Assembly (NCBI GenBank): GCA_030024085.1
Contig: JASEJE010000020.1
Coordinates: 129-64,128 of the forward strand
Direction of reading: 5' to 3'
DNA length: 64,000 nucleotides
Origin: Bacillota bacterium
GTDB taxonomy: Bacteria; Bacillota; SHA-98; UBA4971
Shown here: positions 20,265 to 28,703 of the stretch, one piece after another
Layout of the letters: each line of letters begins with the position of its first letter
How positions within the stretch are numbered: position 1 is the first letter of the stretch
The notes under the pieces: generated by a model
Told to the model about the DNA's origin: nothing
Databases searched by the model: none
Seen by the model: the letters and a program-made list of their open reading frames with translations, nothing else
Program-made: the position numbers and the translations under genes

Positions 20265-20861
20265 GTGTATATGTATGCCGTGTCGTCACTCAAGGTGCTG
20301 GCCAATGTGCTGACCCTCTCGAGAGGCGTCATCGCTATTCTTCTCCTGCGCGCGCGCGATTTCGAGGATCCCGCCACCGTGGTCCGCTTTGTTGTGCTTC
20401 TCACCCTGCTCGGGTGGACAACCGACGTTTTCGACGGCAACCTGGCACGGGCTTCCCGACACACTGGAGGCCGAATCTCATCAGCCGACTTTCCCATGGA
20501 CATATTGATGATGTGGAGCGCGGGATACGTGTTCGCCCGCACCGGGCTCATCCCGCACGCTCTGTACGTCGGCTACTCCGTGCTCATGGTAGTGGTTGCC
20601 CTGCTCTCGCGGTTCAACAGGGCAATGGTCCTCGGGTTCTGTGCGCCTCTGGCAGGCCTGCCTCTCGTGGTGAGCTACGTGTATTCGCCCCGCTACTTCA
20701 TGTTCTTCGTGCTCTGGATCGGCGTTGTGCTCATAGCAGACTGGAAGCGGTTCACCCAGGTCGTCGACTCGTTCGTGGATGCGCTGCCAGACCCGCAAAG
20801 GCGCATCATCAGAGGCATACTGGGACGTCTCGGGTCTCATCATACCGGGTTCTCGGGGTAA
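20265..20861 (+). CDS. CDP-alcohol phosphatidyltransferase-family membrane protein
   Basis: DVFDGNLARASRHTGGRISSADFPMD fits the D-G-x2-A-R...G-x3-D-x3-D signature. Multiple TM helices. Confidence 0.6.
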   Translation: MYMYAVSSLKVLANVLTLSRGVIAILLLRARDFEDPATVVRFVVLLTLLGWTTDVFDGNLARASRHTGGRISSADFPMDILMMWSAGYVFARTGLIPHALYVGYSVLMVVVALLSRFNRAMVLGFCAPLAGLPLVVSYVYSPRYFMFFVLWIGVVLIADWKRFTQVVDSFVDALPDPQRRIIRGILGRLGSHHTGFSG

Positions 20862-21174
20862 CCGAGGCGCTGGTGTGGCCCCAGGCTCCCAGCACGGCCT
20901 GTGGGCGCAAAGCGGCGCGAACGCGATCGGGTTCACGGCACGAGGTGGTCACGTCCCTCCTACTTTGCCGCAGCACCCGGCAAAGAGCGCCGAGGCCTGC
21001 CGTGTTACCCGGCAGGCCACTCAGCCCTTGCGCTCTGATCCGCGGCCTCACAGCCGTTGCACCTCGGAAAGACCCGGGGCGCCGGGAGCGGCCCGTCGCC
21101 CGCGACGAGTGAGCCTGCGCTCTTGCCCAGTGCCCGCAGCACTACCCGGACCACAGGCACGACCGCGCATCGAC

Positions 21175-21384
21175 TCACGCCTTCCGCAACTGCACCGCCT
21201 GCCAGCGGTTGCCGCACGCCTGGCACTCCATCCAGTACGTATACATGAACCCGTGTTGGCACGTGGTGATCCCGATGGTATACTCACGGCCGGCCTCCCG
21301 GCCGCATCTCGGGCAGATTCGCAACACCAGAATCCCTCCCCCTCCCGACATCGCCGGCGAGGCGGTGCCAGCTTCACCGCCCAC
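21175..21384 (-). CDS. small zinc-ribbon protein (CPRC...CQAC)
   Basis: 69 aa with CxxC-x17-CxxC spacing (ICPRCGRE...WMECQACGNRW). Weak evidence for expression. Confidence 0.35.
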   Translation of the reverse strand: MGGEAGTASPAMSGGGGILVLRICPRCGREAGREYTIGITTCQHGFMYTYWMECQACGNRWQAVQLRKA

Positions 21385-21546
21385 CGTTTACGCCGGTTCC
21401 CTGGTTGTTGTCGTATGCGTTGCTATCATATGCTTTCACCGCCAGGGGGAGTGCCTATACAAGGTGCTCCAGGTCCACAGCGCCCCCGCCGGCTGAGACG
21501 CCCGCTCAGGCTGGCAGAGTTGCCGGCCGGTCTGAGCCGCACGGCA

Positions 21547-22392
21547 TCAAGCCTTTCCGCTTGCCTGGTCCTCGAGGGCGATCCGCTTCATCGCCTCCAG
21601 GGCGATGGAGATGATCATGTCCTCGCCGCGCAAGAAGTCCTGGTCGGTAGCGTGATTGGCGATGGGTATGGACACCTTCCCGGCAGACTTGATCGCCTTG
21701 CTCTTGGGCCCGCCGTCCATGACGAACAGCGCGCCGCACCGGAAGCGGCGGTAATGTCCCAGGATGAACACTGTGTCGCTCTCCATCTCCACGCAGATCA
21801 CCCCGGCGTCAACCAGCATCTTGTTGAACTCCGGGTTCGGCGGAGCGTAGAAGGCATCCCCTGCCGAGACCACGCCGATGTGCACGTGCGCCCCAAGCTC
21901 GCGTGCGACATCGTGGAGTTTCCGCGTGACGAAGAAGTCCGCCACCGCGGGGAACGGCCCGGGCAGGAACTTGTATGACGTCCCGCCGTCGCGGTAGGTT
22001 GCGGTGGCGATGGCGATGTCCCCGACGCCGATGTCATCCTGAAGGCCGCCGGACGAGCCGACCCGGATGAACGTGTCCGCGCCCATCCTACCCAGCTCCT
22101 CCATGGCGATAGCCACCTGGGGTCCGCCCATCCCCGTCGAGCACACTGTCATCCTCACGCCGCCGTAATACCCGGTATGGACGAACATGCCCCTCGTGGC
22201 GCTCACCTGCCGCACGTCGTCGAGCCGCTCGGCGATCTTGCGGCCACGGATGTGGTCGCCCGGGATGAAGCAATAGCGCGCGATGTCTTCATCGCGGGCC
22301 TTGATGTGGTGCTGGGTGTACTCCGGTCCGCCCACGCTCAGGACTTCCAGCCTCAACTCGCGCATACCGGGGTTCTCGCCCTTCCCCATCAT
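21547..22392 (-). CDS. udp: uridine phosphorylase (PNP/UDP family 1)
   Basis: Credited from MMGKGENPGMREL (RBS GGAGAGGGAAGGGAG upstream). CSTGMGGPQVAIAMEELGRMGADTFIRVGSSGG and FPAVADF closely match E. coli Udp motifs. The ORF-track N-terminal extension (to 22806) runs through repeat copy 3. Confidence 0.85.
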   Translation of the reverse strand: MMGKGENPGMRELRLEVLSVGGPEYTQHHIKARDEDIARYCFIPGDHIRGRKIAERLDDVRQVSATRGMFVHTGYYGGVRMTVCSTGMGGPQVAIAMEELGRMGADTFIRVGSSGGLQDDIGVGDIAIATATYRDGGTSYKFLPGPFPAVADFFVTRKLHDVARELGAHVHIGVVSAGDAFYAPPNPEFNKMLVDAGVICVEMESDTVFILGHYRRFRCGALFVMDGGPKSKAIKSAGKVSIPIANHATDQDFLRGEDMIISIALEAMKRIALEDQASGKA

Positions 22393-22419
22393 TTCACATC
22401 TCCCTTCCCTCTCCACGCC

Positions 22420-22550
22420 AAGTGTAAGTTCAGAGATCCTTGCCACTTTTCCGGGAGTTGCCGGCGTTGCGCTCCGGGGACAACCCGCGCTATTCTTCAG
22501 GTCCCGTTGAGCCCCCGGGACCGGGGATCCGGCAGCCCGAAGCACCGCTG
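22420..22550. repeat. MITE-like repeat, copy 3 (degenerate or truncated)
   Basis: Begins like variant 2 (AAGTGTAAGTTCAGAGATCCTTGCCACTTTTCCGGGAGTTGCCGGCGTTGCGCTCCGGGGAC) then decays; ~130 nt. Lies between the deoB stop and the udp start. Confidence 0.6.
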
Positions 22551-22552
22551 CG

Positions 22553-23758
22553 TCAATCCCTGGTGGCAATCGTCTTGAAGCTGTCGCCGGCGAGGCCCTC
22601 GGCAGGCACGCCGAGGAGGTCCGCCACCGTGCGCCCGAGGTCTGCGAACGTGTGGCGGGTGCCAAGGAACGCACCCGGCCGTATGGCGCTGCCGTATACG
22701 AGCAGCGGGACGTATTCCCGCGAGTGGTCCGTGCTGGGGGTCGTGGGGTCGCAGCCGTGGTCGGCGGTGACGGCAAGCACGTCGCCTTCGTGGAGCACGC
22801 CTGCAAGCCCCTCCATCATGCGGTCGAGTTCGGCGAGGGCGCGCGCATAGCCCCGGACATCGTTGCGGTGCCCCCAGAGCATATCGAAATCTATGCAGTT
22901 CGCGAATATGAGCCCCCGGCCTCTCTCGCGGACAAAGCGGGTCACGGCCTTCATGGTGTCCTCGTTGTTGCCGGTGTGGTCCGACTTCGTAAGGCCCTGG
23001 AGGGCGAAGATGTCCTCGATCTTGCCGACCCCGATGACGTCCATCCCGGCCTCCTTCACGTGGTCCAGCAGGGTGCGACGCGGAGGCTTGATGGAGAAGT
23101 CCTTGCGGCGCTCAGTCCTTGTGAAGTTGCCCGGCGTCCCGACGAAAGGCCGGGCGATCACCCGCCCCACGCCATGCTCGCCCACGAGGAGCGATCGGGC
23201 TATCTTGCACATCTCGTAGAGCCGCTCCACCGGGATCACGTCTTCGTGGGCAGCTATCTGGAACACGCTGTCGGCGGAGGTGTACACGATGGGGAACCCA
23301 GTCCTCATGTGCTCCTCGCCAAGCTCCTTGATGATCTCGGTGCCCGAGGCGGGCTTGTTGCCGAGCGTTCTCGTGCCGATGGCCTTCTCGAACGCATCGA
23401 TGACCTCGGGCGGGAAACCGTGCGGATACACCGGAAACGGCCGGTCGAGCACGACGCCGGCGATCTCCCAGTGGCCCGTGGTGGTGTCCTTTCCCGCGGA
23501 TCTCTCGGCCATGCGGCCGTACGCCGCAAGCGGCGCCTTCGCGGCGGGCACCCCCGCCAGCGGCTCGCCGAAGGTCTCCGCGAGATTGCCCAGGCCCAGC
23601 CGGGAGAAGAATGGCATGTCAAGTCCACCAACCGCCTTCGCGGTATTGCGCAGCGTGTCGCTTCCCGCGTCCCCGTAGGCATCGGCGTCCGGCAGCGCGC
23701 CGATGCCTACGCTGTCCATCACGATCAGGATCACTCGCTCTGCGATGGCTGTTGTCAC
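22553..23758 (-). CDS. deoB: phosphopentomutase
   Basis: N-terminus [16 protein letters not shown] and the overall alkaline-phosphatase-like metal-site residues of DeoB; 401 aa. Confidence 0.9.
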   Translation of the reverse strand: MTTAIAERVILIVMDSVGIGALPDADAYGDAGSDTLRNTAKAVGGLDMPFFSRLGLGNLAETFGEPLAGVPAAKAPLAAYGRMAERSAGKDTTTGHWEIAGVVLDRPFPVYPHGFPPEVIDAFEKAIGTRTLGNKPASGTEIIKELGEEHMRTGFPIVYTSADSVFQIAAHEDVIPVERLYEMCKIARSLLVGEHGVGRVIARPFVGTPGNFTRTERRKDFSIKPPRRTLLDHVKEAGMDVIGVGKIEDIFALQGLTKSDHTGNNEDTMKAVTRFVRERGRGLIFANCIDFDMLWGHRNDVRGYARALAELDRMMEGLAGVLHEGDVLAVTADHGCDPTTPSTDHSREYVPLLVYGSAIRPGAFLGTRHTFADLGRTVADLLGVPAEGLAGDSFKTIATRD

Positions 23759-23809
23759 GTATCGTATGCCTCCAGTATGTGGGCCCGACGGGGTCCGACG
23801 GGCGCTATG

Positions 23810-25051
23810 TCACGCGGTGAACAGATATACGAAATCGTGGATCGTCCTCGCCCAGTCGCCCAGGACAACCAGATGATGGTTGCCCAGCGGCTTTCTGAGA
23901 AGCGCATGGGCGTCCATGGGCCCGTGGAGATCCACTGTCAATTGCGTCCTGCACATGTCGTCCCTGGCGCCACATTCGACAAGCCTGCCGGAGGCCGCGA
24001 ATACCTCCGCGAGTTGCCGCCCTCCCAGGCGGGCAACCGTCACCGCGCCGGGCGGGATCTCGCCATGGATGGCCGCCCCAATCCCCGACTCGAAGTGCGA
24101 CCGCACCGTGTACGCTCGGGCCATCGTCCTCGGTACGGTGCAGTGGGCAAGTATTATTCTTCCTCTATCCAGGTCGATAACCGACGGGTTCGCCATGAAA
24201 CTCGGCTGACCCGTCAGGCGGCGCAGGAAGAGCATGCCCAGCGCGGAAAGCACATCAGCCTCGCACGCCGCGGGCACCCCCTCCTCGTTCAGGCGGGCCA
24301 AGGCGTAACAGCCGGTGTTCCGGAGCAGAGGCAGGAGATCGAAGCACTTCACGGTTACTGCGTCGAGCCTGTGTTTCGCGACAAGGTTTCGCAGGCCTAT
24401 GTATATCCTCCCGACGCCGGTGAGAACAGTGACGTCGGGCTCGACGACGGATACAGCGTTCTTCCTGAACTCCTCCGCCGCCTCCCTGGCCTCGGCATCG
24501 TCGGCGCTTTTGACGGCGTCCACGAGATCCTTCAGGTCCACGTACACCAGGCGCGGACCCCAGACGCGAGCCACCTGTTGCGAGAGGCGCCAGGGCGCCA
24601 TGACCTCAACGTCTCTGGTGCCGATGACGCCGAGGCGCGCCCCCTTCATCGCAGCCCTGGCAGCAAACAGCGCAAGAAGGCTCGCAAGGCTGTCGCACCA
24701 GTTCCCGAAGGCCTGGACTATACGCCCTGTCCTGCCCGTGGTGTTCAGAAACGCCAGGATCTCGATGGCGGCCGCGACCGCATTGTCTGCCGGGTGGGCC
24801 AGAATGAGCGCAGGCTCGTCTGAGCGCGCAAGGAACTCCAGCACAGACGCCTCAATGCCCCCGCTCAGCGCCAGGATCAACGTGACGCCCCCTTCCCGGC
24901 CTTCGCCGCAGGGGAAAGCGTCGGGAGGCATGACGGTGAATTCGTAGCCCGGGATCGTCCGGAGTTGCCCAAGGTAATGGGAGACCCGCTCATCCATACT
25001 GGCCCTATCCCTGAGAGGAGACCCGAACGGAACGACGCTTACCTGCAACAC
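23810..25051 (-). CDS. L-fucose/L-arabinose isomerase-like protein (COG2407 family)
   Basis: ACEADVLSALGMLFL and a C-terminal HCTVP...ARLGG region resemble the Mn-binding core of FucI/AraA-like isomerases. Function in this nucleoside/ribose context is unknown. Confidence 0.5.
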   Translation of the reverse strand: MLQVSVVPFGSPLRDRASMDERVSHYLGQLRTIPGYEFTVMPPDAFPCGEGREGGVTLILALSGGIEASVLEFLARSDEPALILAHPADNAVAAAIEILAFLNTTGRTGRIVQAFGNWCDSLASLLALFAARAAMKGARLGVIGTRDVEVMAPWRLSQQVARVWGPRLVYVDLKDLVDAVKSADDAEAREAAEEFRKNAVSVVEPDVTVLTGVGRIYIGLRNLVAKHRLDAVTVKCFDLLPLLRNTGCYALARLNEEGVPAACEADVLSALGMLFLRRLTGQPSFMANPSVIDLDRGRIILAHCTVPRTMARAYTVRSHFESGIGAAIHGEIPPGAVTVARLGGRQLAEVFAASGRLVECGARDDMCRTQLTVDLHGPMDAHALLRKPLGNHHLVVLGDWARTIHDFVYLFTA

Positions 25052-25499
25052 CCTGCGATTCCCTCCGCTCTACACGAGTTTCCCAGCACCGCTTTCCCAG
25101 CACCGCGCTTCACCGCGCTCGCGCCTGGACCAGATAGGTTTGTTTTCGCTGCGTGTCACCAGATCCCTCCTGTGCCTGTATACATCATTGGCTGCACACC
25201 GCATACATCACGACCACCACAGCACACCTCCGGGGGAGGGGAAGGAAATGTCAATGGGGTTGCACACACTTTGTGCCGTGGCACGAGGACTCGATTCTGC
25301 CAGGGATCCCCACAGGCACCCGTACGTGTGACGGGGGGGGCAGAAGAGTCAGATGCCCGGCGGACTGCACGCAGGAACCTTCCCGTTCCTGGCGAAGTTC
25401 GTTCTGAACGCGGGGCCGTTGGCGGCTGTTGGCGGTTGAAGTCCCTGGGGGCTGAAGTCCCGGGTGGTCGGAGTCGTGGCCGGTTGAAGTCGTGGGTGA

Positions 25500-26384
25500 A
25501 TGGAGGTGGTTGGCGTGACCCAGGTGGACATCATACGGGCAGTGCAGTCCATAGCGAACCCGGTGCTCGACGTGATTTTCGGCGCCATCACCATGCTGGG
25601 CGCCGAGGGGTTCTTCATTGCGATCGTGGCGGTCCTCTTCTGGACGGTCTCAAAGCGGCTGGCGATCAGAATCGGCGTGCTTCTCATCCTGTCTTCATTC
25701 GCCAACTCCGGGCTCAAGGACCTCTTTCGGCTGCCGCGCCCCTCCCCCGAAGACGTGCGGGTGATAATGCCCGAGACGGGCGGAGGATACGGGTTCCCGA
25801 GCGGCCACGCGCAAGCGTCCACGGTCTTCTGGGGTTACCTCGCTCACGCGATCAGGAATCGCTCTTTCACCATCGGCGCTGCCGTGCTGGTCTTCCTCAT
25901 AGGACTCTCACGGATATACCTCGGAGTGCACTTCCCGGGCGACGTGGTGGGAGGTTTCGCGTTCGGCGGGATCATCCTTGCAGCGTACATCTGGATCACT
26001 GGCCGCCCGGAGCTACGCGCCGCCGCTTCCATCTCCACCGGCCAGCTCGTCCTCATCGTAGCGGCGGCCCCGTTCGCTCTGCTCTTGCTATACAGGTCGG
26101 CTGAGGCGTTCAAGATGGTGGGCTTCCTTGTGGGGGTCGGAGCCGGATACGTGCTCGAGGACAGATTCGTCCGCTCAGAGGAACGTGCGCCCTTTGCCAC
26201 GCAGGTGCTCAAGGTCGTCATCGGTCTCGCAGGGGTCTTCGCGCTCCGCGCCGGGCTGAAGGCTCTCTTCGCACCGGAGACGGCGGTGCTTGCGCTGGTG
26301 CGCTACGCAGCGATGGCCGCCTGGGCCAGCCTCGGCGCGCCTTTCCTGTTTGCACGGGCGCTTGGCCTCGCCCGACGGCAATAA
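25500..26384 (+). CDS. PAP2-superfamily (type 2 phosphatidic acid / undecaprenyl-diphosphate) phosphatase
   Basis: All three PAP2 motifs are present: KDLFRLPRP, PSGH, SRIYLGVHFPGD. Confidence 0.75.
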   Translation: MEVVGVTQVDIIRAVQSIANPVLDVIFGAITMLGAEGFFIAIVAVLFWTVSKRLAIRIGVLLILSSFANSGLKDLFRLPRPSPEDVRVIMPETGGGYGFPSGHAQASTVFWGYLAHAIRNRSFTIGAAVLVFLIGLSRIYLGVHFPGDVVGGFAFGGIILAAYIWITGRPELRAAASISTGQLVLIVAAAPFALLLLYRSAEAFKMVGFLVGVGAGYVLEDRFVRSEERAPFATQVLKVVIGLAGVFALRAGLKALFAPETAVLALVRYAAMAAWASLGAPFLFARALGLARRQ

Positions 26385-26489
26385 GAGACGCAAGCAGGAA
26401 ACCGGGGAGGCAGCGCGAACATTAATCGTTATACCTAATACTGCTCTGCTAGATGCGAAATGACGTCTTATTTGACGGGCCCGGCGGGC

Positions 26490-27050
26490 TTGTCTGGCGG
26501 AGAGACTCCTGGCCTTGGCCTTTGAGCGTGCAGTCCCCGGAGGACCCGTGATGTACGGAACGGGTAGGGCAGAAAGAGTGACGCACGTCACGCTTCGCCT
26601 TGCATGCGTGACGCAGGGAACGGGTAAGGGCCGGAACAGTGATGTACATCACTGGATGGCTCTCAATGATGACGTAGGGAACAGCTAAGGAGGGACCCGT
26701 GACGTGCGTCACTGGCCCCGCTTCGACGAGTGACGTAGGGAACACTTCGTGGAGAACCCGTGACGTGAGGAACGGGTGAAGCGGCAAGGATGATGTGCGT
26801 CACCGGTAGGCTCCTGTTGCGTGATGCGGGGAACGGGAAGGACGCGACGAGTGACATGCGTCATCTTTCCCCTTGCATGTGTGCCGTAGGGAACGGGTAA
26901 GGCCGGGACGGGTGATGTACGTCAATCGTTGGCTCCTAATGACGACGTAGAGAACGGGTGAGGAGCATTCCGTGATGTACGTCACTCGTCCACGTCACCC
27001 GTCAGCTCAAGTGACGGCACTACCAAAAGGTCCGTATGTGGCAGAGCAAT
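26490..27050 (+). repeat. complex 60-bp-periodic tandem array, element A (conserved flanks plus ~8 units)
   Basis: Each unit has a 22-mer GTGACGTAGGGAACGGGTAAGG and a 14-bp palindrome GTGACGYRCGTCAC, spaced every 59-61 bp (22-mers at 26548, 26608, 26668, 26731, 26761, 26821, 26881, 26940). Spacers between units are themselves related to one another. Inverted copy at 43398..43995. Confidence 0.8.
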
Positions 27051-27140
27051 ACTGAGCAGGACAGAACAGCTGCCTCGGGGATGGCCCCGGGGTCCTGAGC
27101 GTTTGAGCCCGCAAGCAGACTGACTGATCGTTAACTGGGG

Positions 27141-28364
27141 GTGGTCCTTAAGATGCAGAGCACGTTCGCCGCACGGGCACAGAAACTTCAGCGCTCCGAG
27201 CTCGCAGCCCTTTTCGCGCTGGCGGAGGAGCCGGGGGTCATATCGTTCGCAGGCGGGTTCCCCGACCCGGAGTGGTTCCTGCCCGAGATCACCGAGATAA
27301 GCGACGGGATCATGCGCGCAAACCGGGGGGTTGCTCTGCAGTACGGGCCGACGCCCGGTTTCACCGCGCTGCGCGAGTTCATGGCCGAGCGGCTGACCGG
27401 CCAGGGCATGAAGTGCAGCGCAGCGGACGTCCTCATAACCAGTGGCTCGCTCCAGGGCCTGGACCTGGTGTGCAAGATATTCCTGGAGCCGGGCGACGTG
27501 GTCCTCACCGAGGCGCCGACATACATCGGAGCCCTCCAAACATTCGCGAGCTACGAGGCGGATATCGCGAGCGTTCCGATAGATGCCGACGGCATGAGGA
27601 TCGAAGTTCTGGAATCCGTGCTTCAGGACATACGCGCCGGCAAGCAAGCAGGCGGGCGCATGCCGAAGTTCATCTACACGATTCCGTCGTTTCAGAACCC
27701 GTCAGGGTGCACCCTGAGCCTCGAAAGACGGCGCGCTCTCCTCCAGGTTGCGTCGAGGTTTGGTGCCCCTGTCGTGGAAGACCATGCTTATGCCGAGCTC
27801 CGCTACGACGGCGCACACATCCCTGCCCTCAAGGCCCTCGACGAGGACGACATCGTCGTCCATCTCGGGACGTTCTCGAAGATCTTCTCGCCCGGCCTCC
27901 GCCTGGGCTGGATGATCGGGCCTAGGCCGGTCATGGAAAAAGCCATCCTCTTCAAGCAGGGCACAGATCAGTGCTCCAACTCCCTCGGCCAGATCATGGC
28001 GCTCGAGTACGGGAAACGGGGCCTCATCGAGAAGCAGATAGAGGTCACCGTCGCAAGCCTCCGGAAGAAGAAGGACGAAACCTTGAAGGCCCTGCGCACG
28101 CACTTCGGAGACGCCATAACCTGCACGGTTCCGCAGGGTGGTTTCTACACGTGGGTGACTTTCCCAGAAGGCATCGACACCGTGGCGCTCCTGCCGCGCG
28201 CTGTCAAGGAATACAGCGTCGCCTACGTTGCGGGCCCCTCGTTCTACGCCGACCGCTCCGGCGCGAACAAGGCCCGCCTCTGCTTTAGCCAACCTGGCGT
28301 GGACCAGATCGACGAAGGCATCCGACGGCTCCATGCGTGTTTCGGCGCTTGCGCCGGGCAATAG
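27141..28364 (+). CDS. PLP-dependent aminotransferase (class I/II; MocR/LysN-like catalytic domain without HTH)
   Basis: Fold-type I aminotransferase architecture with the Lys-containing region FSKIFSPGLRLGW. Confidence 0.75.
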   Translation: MVLKMQSTFAARAQKLQRSELAALFALAEEPGVISFAGGFPDPEWFLPEITEISDGIMRANRGVALQYGPTPGFTALREFMAERLTGQGMKCSAADVLITSGSLQGLDLVCKIFLEPGDVVLTEAPTYIGALQTFASYEADIASVPIDADGMRIEVLESVLQDIRAGKQAGGRMPKFIYTIPSFQNPSGCTLSLERRRALLQVASRFGAPVVEDHAYAELRYDGAHIPALKALDEDDIVVHLGTFSKIFSPGLRLGWMIGPRPVMEKAILFKQGTDQCSNSLGQIMALEYGKRGLIEKQIEVTVASLRKKKDETLKALRTHFGDAITCTVPQGGFYTWVTFPEGIDTVALLPRAVKEYSVAYVAGPSFYADRSGANKARLCFSQPGVDQIDEGIRRLHACFGACAGQ

Positions 28365-28394
28365 CCCGGACAGCAGGCCCGACACCATGCGCCG

Positions 28395-28697
28395 TCAGTA
28401 TGGCCAGAAGGGGTCCACTGTTTTCCGGAACGGCGTCGACAAACACCTGACCTCCTCCGCCGCCAGGTTGTAGTAGTTCTGCCACAGGCGGGCGGTCTTC
28501 CGTGAGAGGCGCCTCGAGTTCTTGACGACCTCGAGCCTCTGATCGTCAGTATAGTAAGACATCACCCACCGTATCGCGGCGTCGTCCCCCTCTTCGAGAA
28601 GACGCTCGATAACGAAGAACGGATATTTGTCCGGATCCAACGTTTTCGGGTCCACGTCCCAGAAGAAACAGTGCACGAAATCCGGCAGGACCGCCAT
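28395..28697 (-). CDS. small conserved hypothetical protein immediately downstream of the helicase
   Basis: 100 aa (FFWDVDPKTLDPDKYPFFVIERLLEEGDDAAIRWVMSYY...). Its start is 7 nt from the helicase stop, so it is likely co-transcribed. No confident family assignment. Confidence 0.45.
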   Translation of the reverse strand: MAVLPDFVHCFFWDVDPKTLDPDKYPFFVIERLLEEGDDAAIRWVMSYYTDDQRLEVVKNSRRLSRKTARLWQNYYNLAAEEVRCLSTPFRKTVDPFWPY

Positions 28698-28703
28698 CGG
28701 CGT

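Noticed and set aside
26540-27000. Possible CRISPR array (regularly spaced ~22-nt repeats)
   Set aside because: Two different repeat motifs alternate; repeats are degenerate; the intervening 'spacers' are themselves homologous to each other; period is 60 bp; an inverted copy exists 16 kb away; and no cas genes are nearby. This is a satellite-like tandem array, not CRISPR.
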